A stretch of DNA of 61,542 nucleotides, the filler included. It is 8 parts of 8 records of this genome, joined end to end, with 100 filler letters (N's around TTAATTAATTAA, not from the genome) between each part and the next. Parts side by side here need not be neighbours in the genome. Positions count along the whole stretch, not along the records: positions 27,778 to 41,600 come from SRR31147125_158545; positions 41,701 to 50,881 come from SRR31147125_159146; 6 more parts are not named here. One strand, given 5' to 3'. Shown here in pieces: positions 36,961-47,700 of this stretch. The position numbers and the translations under genes were made by a program. Position 1 is the first letter of the stretch; each line of letters begins with the position of its first letter. The notes beneath the pieces were generated by a model that saw only the letters and a list, made by a program, of their open reading frames with translations, made no database searches and was not told the origin of the DNA.

Positions 36961-38061
36961 ATGAACGGCTCTCGGATCTCCCTCGCTCTGGTCATCTTAT
37001 CTGGCTGGATTTTCCTGTCGGCTCTCGCAGTGACTCCTCAGGCGTGGGGGTGCATGATCTGCGTCCCATACCCCCAGAAAACGCTTACCGACAGGTTGCT
37101 GGAAAATGCTGACCTCATTTTTGCCAGAGAAGTGTCCGGATCTCCCTATCAGTTCTTGCCGGCAGAAATCATCAGAGGCTCATCCTCCGTGGCTCCGTTC
37201 AAACTCTTCTGCAATTCCTCGACGAGGAGAAAGCTGCGCGTCATACCTGACAGCGCGGTCGTTCTCGGCCGAACCGACAGCACGGAGGACTGGAAGGTGC
37301 TCACGTTTGCCGACGTCGAATACCAGTCCTTCATTCGCTCGATCATGCAGGAGAGCAGCAGCTGGGGCGACCATTACAAAAACCAGGGAAGGGTTGAGTT
37401 CTTCACCGGTTTTCTCACAAGCCGGCATGAAATGATCCAGGAACAGGCGTTCCTGGAGCTGGGAAGAGCACCCTACACCACGATCAAGCGTATGGCGGCA
37501 GCAGTAGCGACCCAGAGGATCTATGCGCTCCTCGAAAACTATCAGTTCGTCGAGTGGCATAGTCTCTATATCCTCCTGCTCGGCCAGAGTCGTACCCCCC
37601 GAGACCATCGCTATATAAGGGGAAAAGTGGAATCACTTGCACGATCTCGGACAACGATCAATCTGGCAGCCTGGCTGACGGCGTTTATCGAATCACATCC
37701 GGAAGATGGCGTTGAGCAGATTGAATCGTGGTATTTCACAAAGAAGGGTCGCTCAAGAGAAGAGCTTGAGGCTGTGCTTTCAAGCATGACCGTACTCGGA
37801 TCCCAACAACCAGACTTCGAGATGCATATCCCGCGACTGCGCAGGGAAATTGTGGGCAGTTATTCGACGCTGCTGGAACAGTACCCGGCCATGGCAGGAA
37901 ACGTGGCCAGAATATTGACGATGTGGCAGATCAACGCACACACCGACAAGCTCTCAGCTATCCTCGAGGAGCACGGGACCCTCGATCCCGCATCATCATC
38001 GGAGATCAGCTACTATCTGAACAGGTCCGGGCACTTCACCCGAGTTGTCCCCGGGCAATAA
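36961..38061 (+). CDS. Secreted hypothetical protein with CxxC right after the signal peptide
   Basis: Signal peptide ending AWG, then CMICVPYP; starts 4 bp after the previous stop. Confidence 0.75.
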   Translation: MNGSRISLALVILSGWIFLSALAVTPQAWGCMICVPYPQKTLTDRLLENADLIFAREVSGSPYQFLPAEIIRGSSSVAPFKLFCNSSTRRKLRVIPDSAVVLGRTDSTEDWKVLTFADVEYQSFIRSIMQESSSWGDHYKNQGRVEFFTGFLTSRHEMIQEQAFLELGRAPYTTIKRMAAAVATQRIYALLENYQFVEWHSLYILLLGQSRTPRDHRYIRGKVESLARSRTTINLAAWLTAFIESHPEDGVEQIESWYFTKKGRSREELEAVLSSMTVLGSQQPDFEMHIPRLRREIVGSYSTLLEQYPAMAGNVARILTMWQINAHTDKLSAILEEHGTLDPASSSEISYYLNRSGHFTRVVPGQ

Positions 38062-38110
38062 CCAGATCGAAGCCCTCCGGCCCCGTTAACAGAAACGGTG
38101 CCGTCACCCC

Positions 38111-39292
38111 TCAGGCGGCACTGATATCATCAACCGAGATGATCAGCTGCTGCGGTATCTCGATACCCTTCGTTGCCGACACACTGTCCTTGAGACCGTT
38201 TCCGGTGGTCACGATAACAACGACCTGGTCCGGATCCAGATTGGGAGCAGCTTTCAGGAACCCGGCAAAAGCAGCGGCCCCGGCCGGCTCGGTAAAAAGC
38301 CCGGTAGAGCTGGAGAGCCTGGCCTGAGCAGCGATGATCTCGTCATCCGAAACCGTGATCATATCGCCACCATAGGCCCGCAGCTGAGTCAGTGCATGCA
38401 CCCCGTTGCGCGGCACATCGACACAGATGGAATCGGCCACCGTGGACGTGGGGATGTTGATGAATGTTCCGGTCCGCAGGGCCCGGGTCAGCGCATCCGA
38501 CGTCTGCGCCTGAACCCCGATTATTTTCGGCACGCGGTCAATGAGTCCAAGCTTCACCAGATCTCTGAACCCCTTGTAAATTCCGGACAGAATGCATCCG
38601 TCTCCCACCGAGACGAAGACAACATCAGCCGGCCTGTCCAGCTGTTTGAACAATTCCAGCGAAACGGTCTTCTTTCCTTCGATGGTGAGCGGGTTATAAG
38701 CGGTATTCCTGTTCATACTCCCCCGTTGCCGGGAGAACTCCAGAGACAGGTCATAGGCACGGTCGTAATTCCCGTCCACCCGGTGCACGGTTGCACCGTA
38801 TTGCAGTGCCTGCACCAGCTTGGCGGCCGGTGCCGCCTCGGGCAGAAACAGGGTGATGTTCTGTCCTGCTGCAGCACCGATTCCTGCCATCGACGAGCCG
38901 GCATTGCCTGTGGAGGCGAGGGTAATATCACGAACGTTGAACTTCCTGGCGGCTGCGGAAACGAGAAACGACGCACGGTCCTTGAATGATGACGTCGGGT
39001 TGGAACCGTCATCCTTGATAAACAGGTTCGGAAAACCGGTAGCCCCTCTCAGGTTGCCTGGCTTCCATAATGGAGTGTTGCCCACCGGGATGGGCGGAAA
39101 GTATTCAGCTTCTATCGGTAGGAGATCGGTAACCCGAAACGAGGGCTCGGCGCTGCCATGCAGTTCAACCTCGAGAATACCCGTCAGCGGCTGATCCGGC
39201 TCCTGCTTCAGGGAACAATCCGGACAGACCGTGAGCTCAGGTGAGATGTCATAAGTGGTGTCGCAGACGGTGCACCGGTAGTTGAACTTCAT
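38111..39292 (-). CDS. thrC: Threonine synthase-like PLP enzyme
   Basis: Zn-ribbon CTVC/CPDC, GNTPL, NPTSSFKDR, ASTGNAG, EGKKT, VGDG, EPAGAA, TGNGLKD. Confidence 0.82.
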   Translation of the reverse strand: MKFNYRCTVCDTTYDISPELTVCPDCSLKQEPDQPLTGILEVELHGSAEPSFRVTDLLPIEAEYFPPIPVGNTPLWKPGNLRGATGFPNLFIKDDGSNPTSSFKDRASFLVSAAARKFNVRDITLASTGNAGSSMAGIGAAAGQNITLFLPEAAPAAKLVQALQYGATVHRVDGNYDRAYDLSLEFSRQRGSMNRNTAYNPLTIEGKKTVSLELFKQLDRPADVVFVSVGDGCILSGIYKGFRDLVKLGLIDRVPKIIGVQAQTSDALTRALRTGTFINIPTSTVADSICVDVPRNGVHALTQLRAYGGDMITVSDDEIIAAQARLSSSTGLFTEPAGAAAFAGFLKAAPNLDPDQVVVIVTTGNGLKDSVSATKGIEIPQQLIISVDDISAA

Positions 39293-39357
39293 ATCAGGTT
39301 TCCTCTTTTAAGCAGCAGCACCATCGAAAGAGGTGCGCCTTTCATTCGTCAGGTGGC

Positions 39358-40242
39358 TCAGAGTGTCTCCGATACACTGAGCCGCTCAAAGAACTCTTTT
39401 TCGATCCGCCGTATCTCTTCCAGTCGATCCGCCACAAGAAAACGGCTGTATAACCGATCGTCGGAGAGGCCAGCGGTCTGTAAAATCTTTTCCTCCAGAA
39501 TCCAGAGGACTTCGATCGATTTGTCGCACGACGGGTACCCTTTATTGTCGAGGAGGATTGCATCGTCCTCTGGAACCTGCAGGATATTATTGATATCGAC
39601 CAGCTTCAGGTTCCCGGAGTGTTCCATTATCAGGTTCCCATTGCCGGCAAGATCGGGGATGCAGCCTGCCTCGGCAATCATGCTCCTTGTTTTTGACACA
39701 AACCCGGCAATGGACCTGATGGCCCCTGCGGTGAATTCGGTAGCGGACCGTCCACCGGGAAAGCGGGATCGATAGAAAGACTCGAGGGGGTCTTGATCCA
39801 CCAGCCCCCAGGGATCAAAGAGTGCGCCGCGAATATATTCCTGAAGTCCACAGAGCACGATTTCACTCGTCCCCGTCCCGGTATATTCGACGATAAACTC
39901 ATTGGAAACGGCAACATGCTCGCCCCCGAGATACGCAACAACGAGCGCATATGCGTCGATCTCGTTCAGAGCCTGCTCAACGGTGGCGAACCGGTTTCGC
40001 AGGATCCTGAGCATGTAGCGCGGCTCGGCTCTCGGGTACAAGCGAATAGAATCGAGAATTTCCCCGGCTCTTTCCCTGTGCAGGTCCCTGGCGCCAACCA
40101 CCTCCATCACATGAGACCGCATCCCCTGCCGGTGATGTTTCCGGAAGCGATACGTCCCCGCCCCCTTGATAAAATTCAGCTGTTCGACATCCTCTCCGGA
40201 GAGCGACTCCCTCTCCCTGATATCAGATATGCCTGAACTCAC
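39358..40242 (-). CDS. Hypothetical protein with protein-kinase-like (PKL) motifs
   Basis: LQEYIRG (hinge-like), PDLAGNGNL (catalytic-loop-like), LKLVDINN (DFG-like); GTG start overlaps the glyA stop. Confidence 0.65.
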   Translation of the reverse strand: MSSGISDIRERESLSGEDVEQLNFIKGAGTYRFRKHHRQGMRSHVMEVVGARDLHRERAGEILDSIRLYPRAEPRYMLRILRNRFATVEQALNEIDAYALVVAYLGGEHVAVSNEFIVEYTGTGTSEIVLCGLQEYIRGALFDPWGLVDQDPLESFYRSRFPGGRSATEFTAGAIRSIAGFVSKTRSMIAEAGCIPDLAGNGNLIMEHSGNLKLVDINNILQVPEDDAILLDNKGYPSCDKSIEVLWILEEKILQTAGLSDDRLYSRFLVADRLEEIRRIEKEFFERLSVSETL

Positions 40243-41480
40243 TACTTGTAGAGAGGAAAGTCCGAGCAGAGCCCGGCGATTGTCTCCTTTGCCTCGTTTA
40301 TAAGATCCCCGTTATCCGGCTTTTTCAACAACTCCGCTATCAGGCGGCCGATAACCTCCGCCTGGGACGCCTTCATCCCTCTTGACGTTATTGCCGGAGT
40401 GCCGATGCGGATCCCGCTGGTCACAAAGGGGCTTCTTGTCTCAAAGGGGATTGAATTCTTATTGACGGTTATCCCGACCTGGCCGAGCAGTTCTTCCGCA
40501 TCTTTGCCTGTAATATCGAGCGATGTCAGGTCAACCAGCATCATGTGGTTGTCGGTTCCGCCGGAAACAAGATCGACGCCATTCTCCATGAGTACCCGGG
40601 CCATCGTGGCCGCGTTGTTCACCACATCCTTCTGGTATGCGGTAAATTCTGGGGCAAGCGCCTCTTTGAAAGCAACGGCCTTAGCTGCGATCACGTGCAT
40701 CAACGGCCCACCCTGGATGCCGGGAAATATCGTTGAATTGAGCTTCTTGCTGAAATCGGATTTTGCCAGGATCAGCCCGCCCCGTGGCCCCCGCAATGTT
40801 TTGTGGGTGGTGGATGTCACGATATCCGCCGTCGGAACAGGTGACGGGTGCACACCTGCGGCTACGAGACCGGCGATATGGGCCATGTCGACCATGAAAA
40901 AGGCCTCGCAGGAGGTGGCGACTTCGGCAAAGCGGTCAAAGTCGATAATTCTCGGATAGGCGCTCGCCCCGGCGATAATCACCTTGGGACGATGCTCTCT
41001 GGCAAGCTCCGCCATCCTGCCGTAATCAATGATTCCGGTCGACCGGGAAACCCCGTAGTGAACAAAGTTGTAGAGTTTGCCGGAAAAGTTGACGGGGCTT
41101 CCATGAGTCAGATGGCCGCCGTGCGCGAGATCCATTCCCAGAATCGTATCACCCGGGTTCACCATCGACATCAGGGCCGCCATGTTGGCCTGAGATCCCG
41201 AATGGGCCTGGACATTGACATACTCCGCGTTAAAGAGCGTCTTCGCCCGCTCGATGGCCAGGCTTTCCGCAGCATCGGCAAAGGCGCAGCCTCCATAGTA
41301 GCGTTTTGCAGGATACCCTTCCGCGTACTTATTCGTCAGCACACTCCCCTGGGCCTCCATGACTGCGGGACTGACGACGTTTTCCGACGCGATGAGTTCG
41401 ATCCCGCTTTCCTGCCTATCCGCTTCCTTATCCAGAATAGCCGCAATCTCCGGATCCACATTCAGTAGTTTTTCTGACAT
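40242..41480 (-). CDS. glyA: Serine hydroxymethyltransferase
   Basis: [62 protein letters not shown]. Confidence 0.97.
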   Translation of the reverse strand: MSEKLLNVDPEIAAILDKEADRQESGIELIASENVVSPAVMEAQGSVLTNKYAEGYPAKRYYGGCAFADAAESLAIERAKTLFNAEYVNVQAHSGSQANMAALMSMVNPGDTILGMDLAHGGHLTHGSPVNFSGKLYNFVHYGVSRSTGIIDYGRMAELAREHRPKVIIAGASAYPRIIDFDRFAEVATSCEAFFMVDMAHIAGLVAAGVHPSPVPTADIVTSTTHKTLRGPRGGLILAKSDFSKKLNSTIFPGIQGGPLMHVIAAKAVAFKEALAPEFTAYQKDVVNNAATMARVLMENGVDLVSGGTDNHMMLVDLTSLDITGKDAEELLGQVGITVNKNSIPFETRSPFVTSGIRIGTPAITSRGMKASQAEVIGRLIAELLKKPDNGDLINEAKETIAGLCSDFPLYK

Positions 41481-41700
41481 GTTCATGAACCTTTCAGAAT
41501 TTATCCTTCTGACTCCCTTCACTGTTCAGCTTTCAGCTGTAACGAGGAGACTGATGTTATTTTTGTGTGTTTCCAACTCGGGGACAGAATGATTTTCGCA
41601 NNNNNNNNNNNNNNNNNNNNNNNNNNNNNNNNNNNNNNNNNNNNTTAATTAATTAANNNNNNNNNNNNNNNNNNNNNNNNNNNNNNNNNNNNNNNNNNNN

Positions 41701-44700
41701 GGGCAGCATTCTCTTGAAATTCAAATGTGCGGCCCTGATGCGAGCGTGTGTAGCCGTAGTTCTGGGTTACTTCCAGGGCCGCATATCCACTTGCATGTTC
41801 AGGTGTGTGGCAGGTAATCGTTCCCTCTGCCACCGAGAATGTATCCACGGGGGATGTTGTGTTGTCAAACAGACAGAAGAGTGCTCCGCTCTCAAAAGCC
41901 GACAAGGAGAAGGGTCCTCCCGTCAGTGTGACGACGGTACCCCCTTGTGCCGGTCCACGCGAAGGGAACACACAAGAGATGTTGACCGTATCGTAGAACT
42001 TCACGCGCACAAAATCCCCACCCACATAGTCGTGCATGTTGTTAGAGACTTCTACTTGTGTGTCGAGGCTGGCTGCAAATCCTGGTGTGCGGCACACAAT
42101 TCTCTCACTGCTAAGGAAATGTGCTTCAACGGTCACACCGTATCGATAGGACCCCGGCACCAGAAATCGGCACATGAGACGCGTGGACTCCACGAAATTG
42201 GCTGCTGTGATGAGAATCGGTGTCCCTCCGGTAACACTGGATGCAAATGGAAAGGCCACGTCAGGTGACGACGTAGTGAGGTGGAACGCAATTGCAGGGA
42301 GATAGGTGAAGAGGAGTCCTTCCTCTGACGAGAAATCCACGTAATTGTTGCTAAGAGACACCCTGACAGGCCCCACCGGAAGAATGGGTGCCTTACACCG
42401 GACTTCGTTCATCGAACACCATTCAGCTGAAACCACTACTTCCCCAAAACGACAGGAAACATGGTTTTCTGCCATGTTGGTACCCGAAATTGTAAGAATG
42501 GTCTCTCCTCCATTCGAAGGACCGGAAGATGGAAAGAGAACGTCCATGTTGATGTTTTCCTGGAACTCAAACACCACGCCATCAAAGGTATAGGCCTCAT
42601 GGCCACGTGATAACTCTAGACCAAAGAATCCCGGTACATGGGAGGGGGTTGTACAGTGCACCGTTTCGTTGGAGTGCCATGTCGTGGTGACGGTTGTCTC
42701 ATTGAATCGACATTGTAAGAGGCCCAATTCAACAGCACGCTCCGAGAGATGATGTCCCGAGACGGTAACAAGGGTTTCCCCTCGCGTCGGTCCCCGTGTA
42801 GGGTAGATGCCACTAATGTTCATTTGTGCCACGTGTTCGAATGTCAAGGAATCGTTTCCGTGCCAGTCCAGCAGATTGTTACTCATTTTCACGTTAACAA
42901 GGGACGGAATGTGAGCGGGTACCCGACAATGACAAAGATGATCGTTATCCAGCGATCCACGAACCACCGTGGTTGCGTCAAAAAGACACGAGAGTGTTTG
43001 CAGATTGAGGAAGTTACCACCTCGAAGCAAAGCGTCTGTACCGCCAACCTCTGGCCCCACAAAGGGTGTGATGGTTGCTACACACTCCGTCAAAGTATAC
43101 GTAAAAGGAATTTGGTTTGCAGTGAAATCTGCTGCCGCAACCATTTGCCCGCTGTGGAAGTTGTTGGATACCTCAAGTGCCACAATCCCAGCCTGAAGAC
43201 TAGGTGACTCACACACAACCATGGACGGGGATCCGTATGCATAAACGGGGCGGGGCGGATGCGCGCCAAAGCGACAATGAGTATTCCCCTGTACGAAGTT
43301 GGAGCCGGTCACCGTGATCAGAGTCCCGCCTTGCGTTGTCCCGTGGGAAGGAAAGATGAAGGTTACCGCGGCCGGTTCCTGATACTCAAAGGCAATTCCG
43401 TCCGAGGAGAAACTCTCAATGTTGTTGGTAACTTCTACGGATACAAATCCAGCCGAATGTACCGGTGTTGTACATCTTGTCTCATTCTCAGAAACAAAGG
43501 TGGCCACGAGAAGTGATGGAGTCCAGTCAAAACGACAGAACAGCATTCCTGTATCAGAAGCACGTCTGCTGAAGTGCTCTCCCCACACCGTAACCAATGT
43601 ACCACCCAATGCTGGCCCCTGTGTAGGGAAGACACGTGTAACATTTGGCCGTAGCTCACTCGTTACATCAATTGAACTCACGGAGAGATCGCACGCGTTG
43701 TTTGCCACGTTCAGTATAGCAGTACCGGGATGTACGCCCGGCATAGCACACGTCGCTTCCCAGGATGATAAGGGAGACGCCTTGACCAACAATGTGCCCC
43801 CGAGAATGCAGACGATCGATCCAGAGATATCAAAATTCTGACCAGTGAGCTGGAGCTGCGTGCCTCCATGAGCTAGGAGGATATTGGGAAAGACGGATTC
43901 AATGATATTGGGTTCGTAGTAGGTGAACACGAACTCGTGCTTCGAGTAGTCTTCGCTGTTGAGTTTCTGGTTGAAGTGGTTATTCGTCACATGGACAACA
44001 ACTGAAACGACTCCCACGGGTTGGGCGGGGGCAGTGCACCAAACTTCTTGAGATGAGACAAACGTAGCAGAGACGGGGGGTAGCGTGCCCGATCCAAACA
44101 GACACTGTAAGGTAGGATCGAAGGTTGGTTCCACAAAGTTCAACCCTGTCATTGTGACGCGTGTTCCACCGCTAGCGGGTCCTGACGTTGGGAACATCGA
44201 GTATACCTCTTGTACAGCCAAATACTCAAATTGAACTCCATCATGCGTGCCATCCGTTGCTACACCATTGGTATTCACTTCTACGGACACAAATCCTGCA
44301 ACATTTCGGGGTGCTATGCATATCACAGTTTTTCCATCGACCCCCAGCGTACCGGGTACCTCTACCGCTCCAAAACGACACGCTAGATGCCCCGCACCAT
44401 CATCCGTGAAATAAAGTCCCGTTACTGTGACTTGTGTACCACCTTGTGTGGGTCCGCATCGGGGAGACAAAGATGTCACATTGGCGGATTCTTCGCTGAG
44501 GAAACTTTGGGGAGCTGTGGTGTAGACTTCTCGATTCGTTGCCACCCTTACAGGATACATTCTTTCCCTCGCCGCGTATTTCGAACCAACGTCGAATCCG
44601 GCACTCGGAGCATGAGCTGGTACCAAACACTGGATCTGCGTTGTTGTCACAAAAACAGCCCGGAATCGTGTTGATCCAACTTCGCAGAAGACGAGTTCTC

Positions 44701-47700
44701 CACTATGAAAACCAGTTCCCGAAACGTTAATAGTCGTACCTCCCCTGTCAGGGCCGTGTACCACATCAAGATCTGTAATAACGGGTCGATCGATCATGTG
44801 GAGCGCTGTTAAGCTGCGTGTAAAGTCGTGTGCATTGAATGGTTGAGCAAAGTAGTTGACGGACACATCCAAGAACAAAGTGGGTTCTTGGTTTGCGGTC
44901 GAGGGGATCGCACACAGCAGCATCGTAGGTGTTATGACATCAGCGGGGGCTATCCCTTTCACTTGCGCGTCCAGGCCACGAAAGAGACATGCAGTGGAGC
45001 TGTGCACAAAATTCTTCCCGTCCACGGTCAGGGTGTGTGTCTCACCAAAGTATGATACGGTAGGATATACGAAATCAATAAGGGGATCTTCTTGAAACTC
45101 GAAAGTGGCATTGCTCTCCATGAAATCAACAGAATTGGTTGAAACCCGCACAATCGCAAATCCCGGTTCATGAGCGGGTGATGTACAGTGAATCTCAGTG
45201 TCATTGATCACCTTTGCATCCATGATCTCGTCCCCGAACTGACATGCCGGAAGGACGACAGGATGACGACTGAATCCACTTCCCCAAATCGTAACGTGTG
45301 TGTTTCCTCCTTGTGGTCCCTTGTTGGGGAAGAGTTCATCAACCAGTGCCAGAGGTAGATATGTGAAGGGAAGCGACCCTGTACTGTAATCAAGGGCATT
45401 CTTGGACACGGTCACCTAGAAGGTACGAAATGTGTCAGGGAAAAGGAAATCAACGGACAAGACGGCACACCGTAACATCCGTGCCCGTATCGTTTCGAAT
45501 CCACTGTGAGAAATCCGGAGTCACGCACGTGATGGAAGTCGGTGTCTGAAACTCTCCAGGAACGATGATTGCATCGTTGACAAGTTCAAAGCGACAACGA
45601 AGAAGTGCTGTGTTCAAGAACTCCTCTCCCGTCACCGTTACCGTCGTTCTCCCACTAACAGGCCCGGCGCGTGGGCTAATACTTGTAACAAGGATGGGAG
45701 GCTGCCGCATCACAGATGAGCGAGAGGAGATGGGAGGACATGTGCACCTGATAGGTGAAGAGAACCCCGTCAAATGAAAAGGCTACTCCGTCATTCGTCA
45801 CCTCCACGGGAAGGCGTTCAAACTCAATATGGGCTGGCTTGGGTGGAGAGACGCAGATGATAGAGGTGTGGCTCTGAAACACGGCCGGATGGAAGAATGA
45901 TCTTCCTGTGATGTTGTCCCACCGGCAATCCAGGTTCGAACTGTTCAGAAAGTTGTGTCCCATAACCGTAATCCTAGTATTCCCCTCCTCGGGACCGGTG
46001 TTGGGACTGATTGCCAGCACAGCAAGAACGGGGATGTAGGTGAATTCTACCAAGTTTTCTGTGTAGATGGTCAAATCGTTGGTCATCTCAACATAAACCG
46101 TTCCTTCGTCATGAACCGGGGAGATGCACATGATATGAGTTGAGTTGATGAAGTCGGCACGTACAATTGTGGTGTCAAACCGACACGAGAGACGATCGGA
46201 CGACCGAAAGTTCTGACCTATCACGATGACCTGAGGCAGGGAAAGGAACCAACCGAGTTACGGAGAAGGAAGGGCAAGTGAAAACGAACCTACCTCACTG
46301 CCACCCTGAGGAATTCCGGTTGTGTGACTGAGCCCAACTACACATGGCGTGCCTTGATACTCAAAGACTACTCTGCTTGTGGTGTACTGTTGATCGTTGT
46401 TTGATACCTCTACATACTTGAATCCGGGTGAAGAGGCTGGAGCGAGACAGTAGACACGATTCGGGGATTCGAGGGTGGCAACGACAGAGATAGACTGCAC
46501 AATGCGTCACAAACCTGCGCGGGGGACGAGGCCACACCAAACCCACACACCTCAACATTATCATGGCTGAAACTGCACTTGAGGTAATTCTCCTGTGCGC
46601 TTCGATGGGAGAATCCTACACCGTCGATTGTCACCAAAACGCCTCCCTCCTCGTTGACCAGATAAGGTGTAAGGTTCAAGACCTCAGCAGGTTCTTGATA
46701 CTCATAGCGTATGCTGTTCGCCGGATCTTGCATGGAGAAGTCGACGAGGTTGTTACTCACCGACACATCCACAGATCCAACCGGGTGTGCAGGTGTCTGG
46801 CAAACAATTAGGGTGGAATTCAAGTAGAACGTGACAGGTACGGTGAAGTTGCCAAACCCACAGAACAGGTATCCCAGATCTGCTGAACGTTGCGCAAAGT
46901 TTCGACCGTGTATCCACACAACGGTTTGCCCTGTTGTAGGTCCCATTGGTGGATCGAGACGTGTGATGTTCACCACGTCCTGATACTCGAACTCGTGGAC
47001 GCTTTGCGATGATCCTTGTCCATTGAGTATAACATCCAGAATGGTGTCACCTGGTATATTCGCGGGGGCCTGACACTTGAGCTGCATCGTCGAAGTGCCT
47101 TCGAAGTCGCGTGATGTTCCATTTGTCTGAGGATCATCAAACGCCGCCGTGATAGCTTGCACCATAGTTGTGCCACCGAATAAGCACATCCGTCTTGCTG
47201 TGTTGTGGAAATTCTCCCCCTCAATGGTGACGAGGGTTCCCCATAGGAGGGACCCGTCTGAGAAAAAAGGAAAGGATTTCTGCCGGGACGACATACTCAA
47301 ACTCCCGAAACTGTTCTGTGAAGTCGTATTCGTTCGCCGAGACTTCAACGAAAACGCGACCCGGCGGCAATGGGCGAGCCAGACACTGCACCTCCGCTGT
47401 TGCGCCACCCTGTTTGAGTGGTGCCTCTGTGTGTGTGCCTACTTGGCAAACACGAATGCGACCCAAATTCCTTCCTACAAGCGTTAGAATGGTCGTTGCA
47501 TGTGTTGACCCTTGCACCGGATACACAAGAGAGAGGCTTACGTCGTCATGGAACTCAAAAGCGTGGCCATTTTGAGTGAAGTGTTCGCCGTTGTTTGCAA
47601 ACTCAACTTGGGTGAAACCAGTCGGGGAGTTCGGAGATATACAAACCGCCCGATTCGAATCCAGCAGGACAGCGAGAACCCGTGTGTACCCAAATCGACA

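Noticed and set aside
41481-41600. Possible glycine or ZTP riboswitch upstream of glyA
   Set aside because: Only two small hairpins (CAGCT-GAA-AGCTG; TCAGAA-N7-TTCTGA); the conserved aptamer motifs are not visible and the region is truncated. An Rfam scan would settle it.
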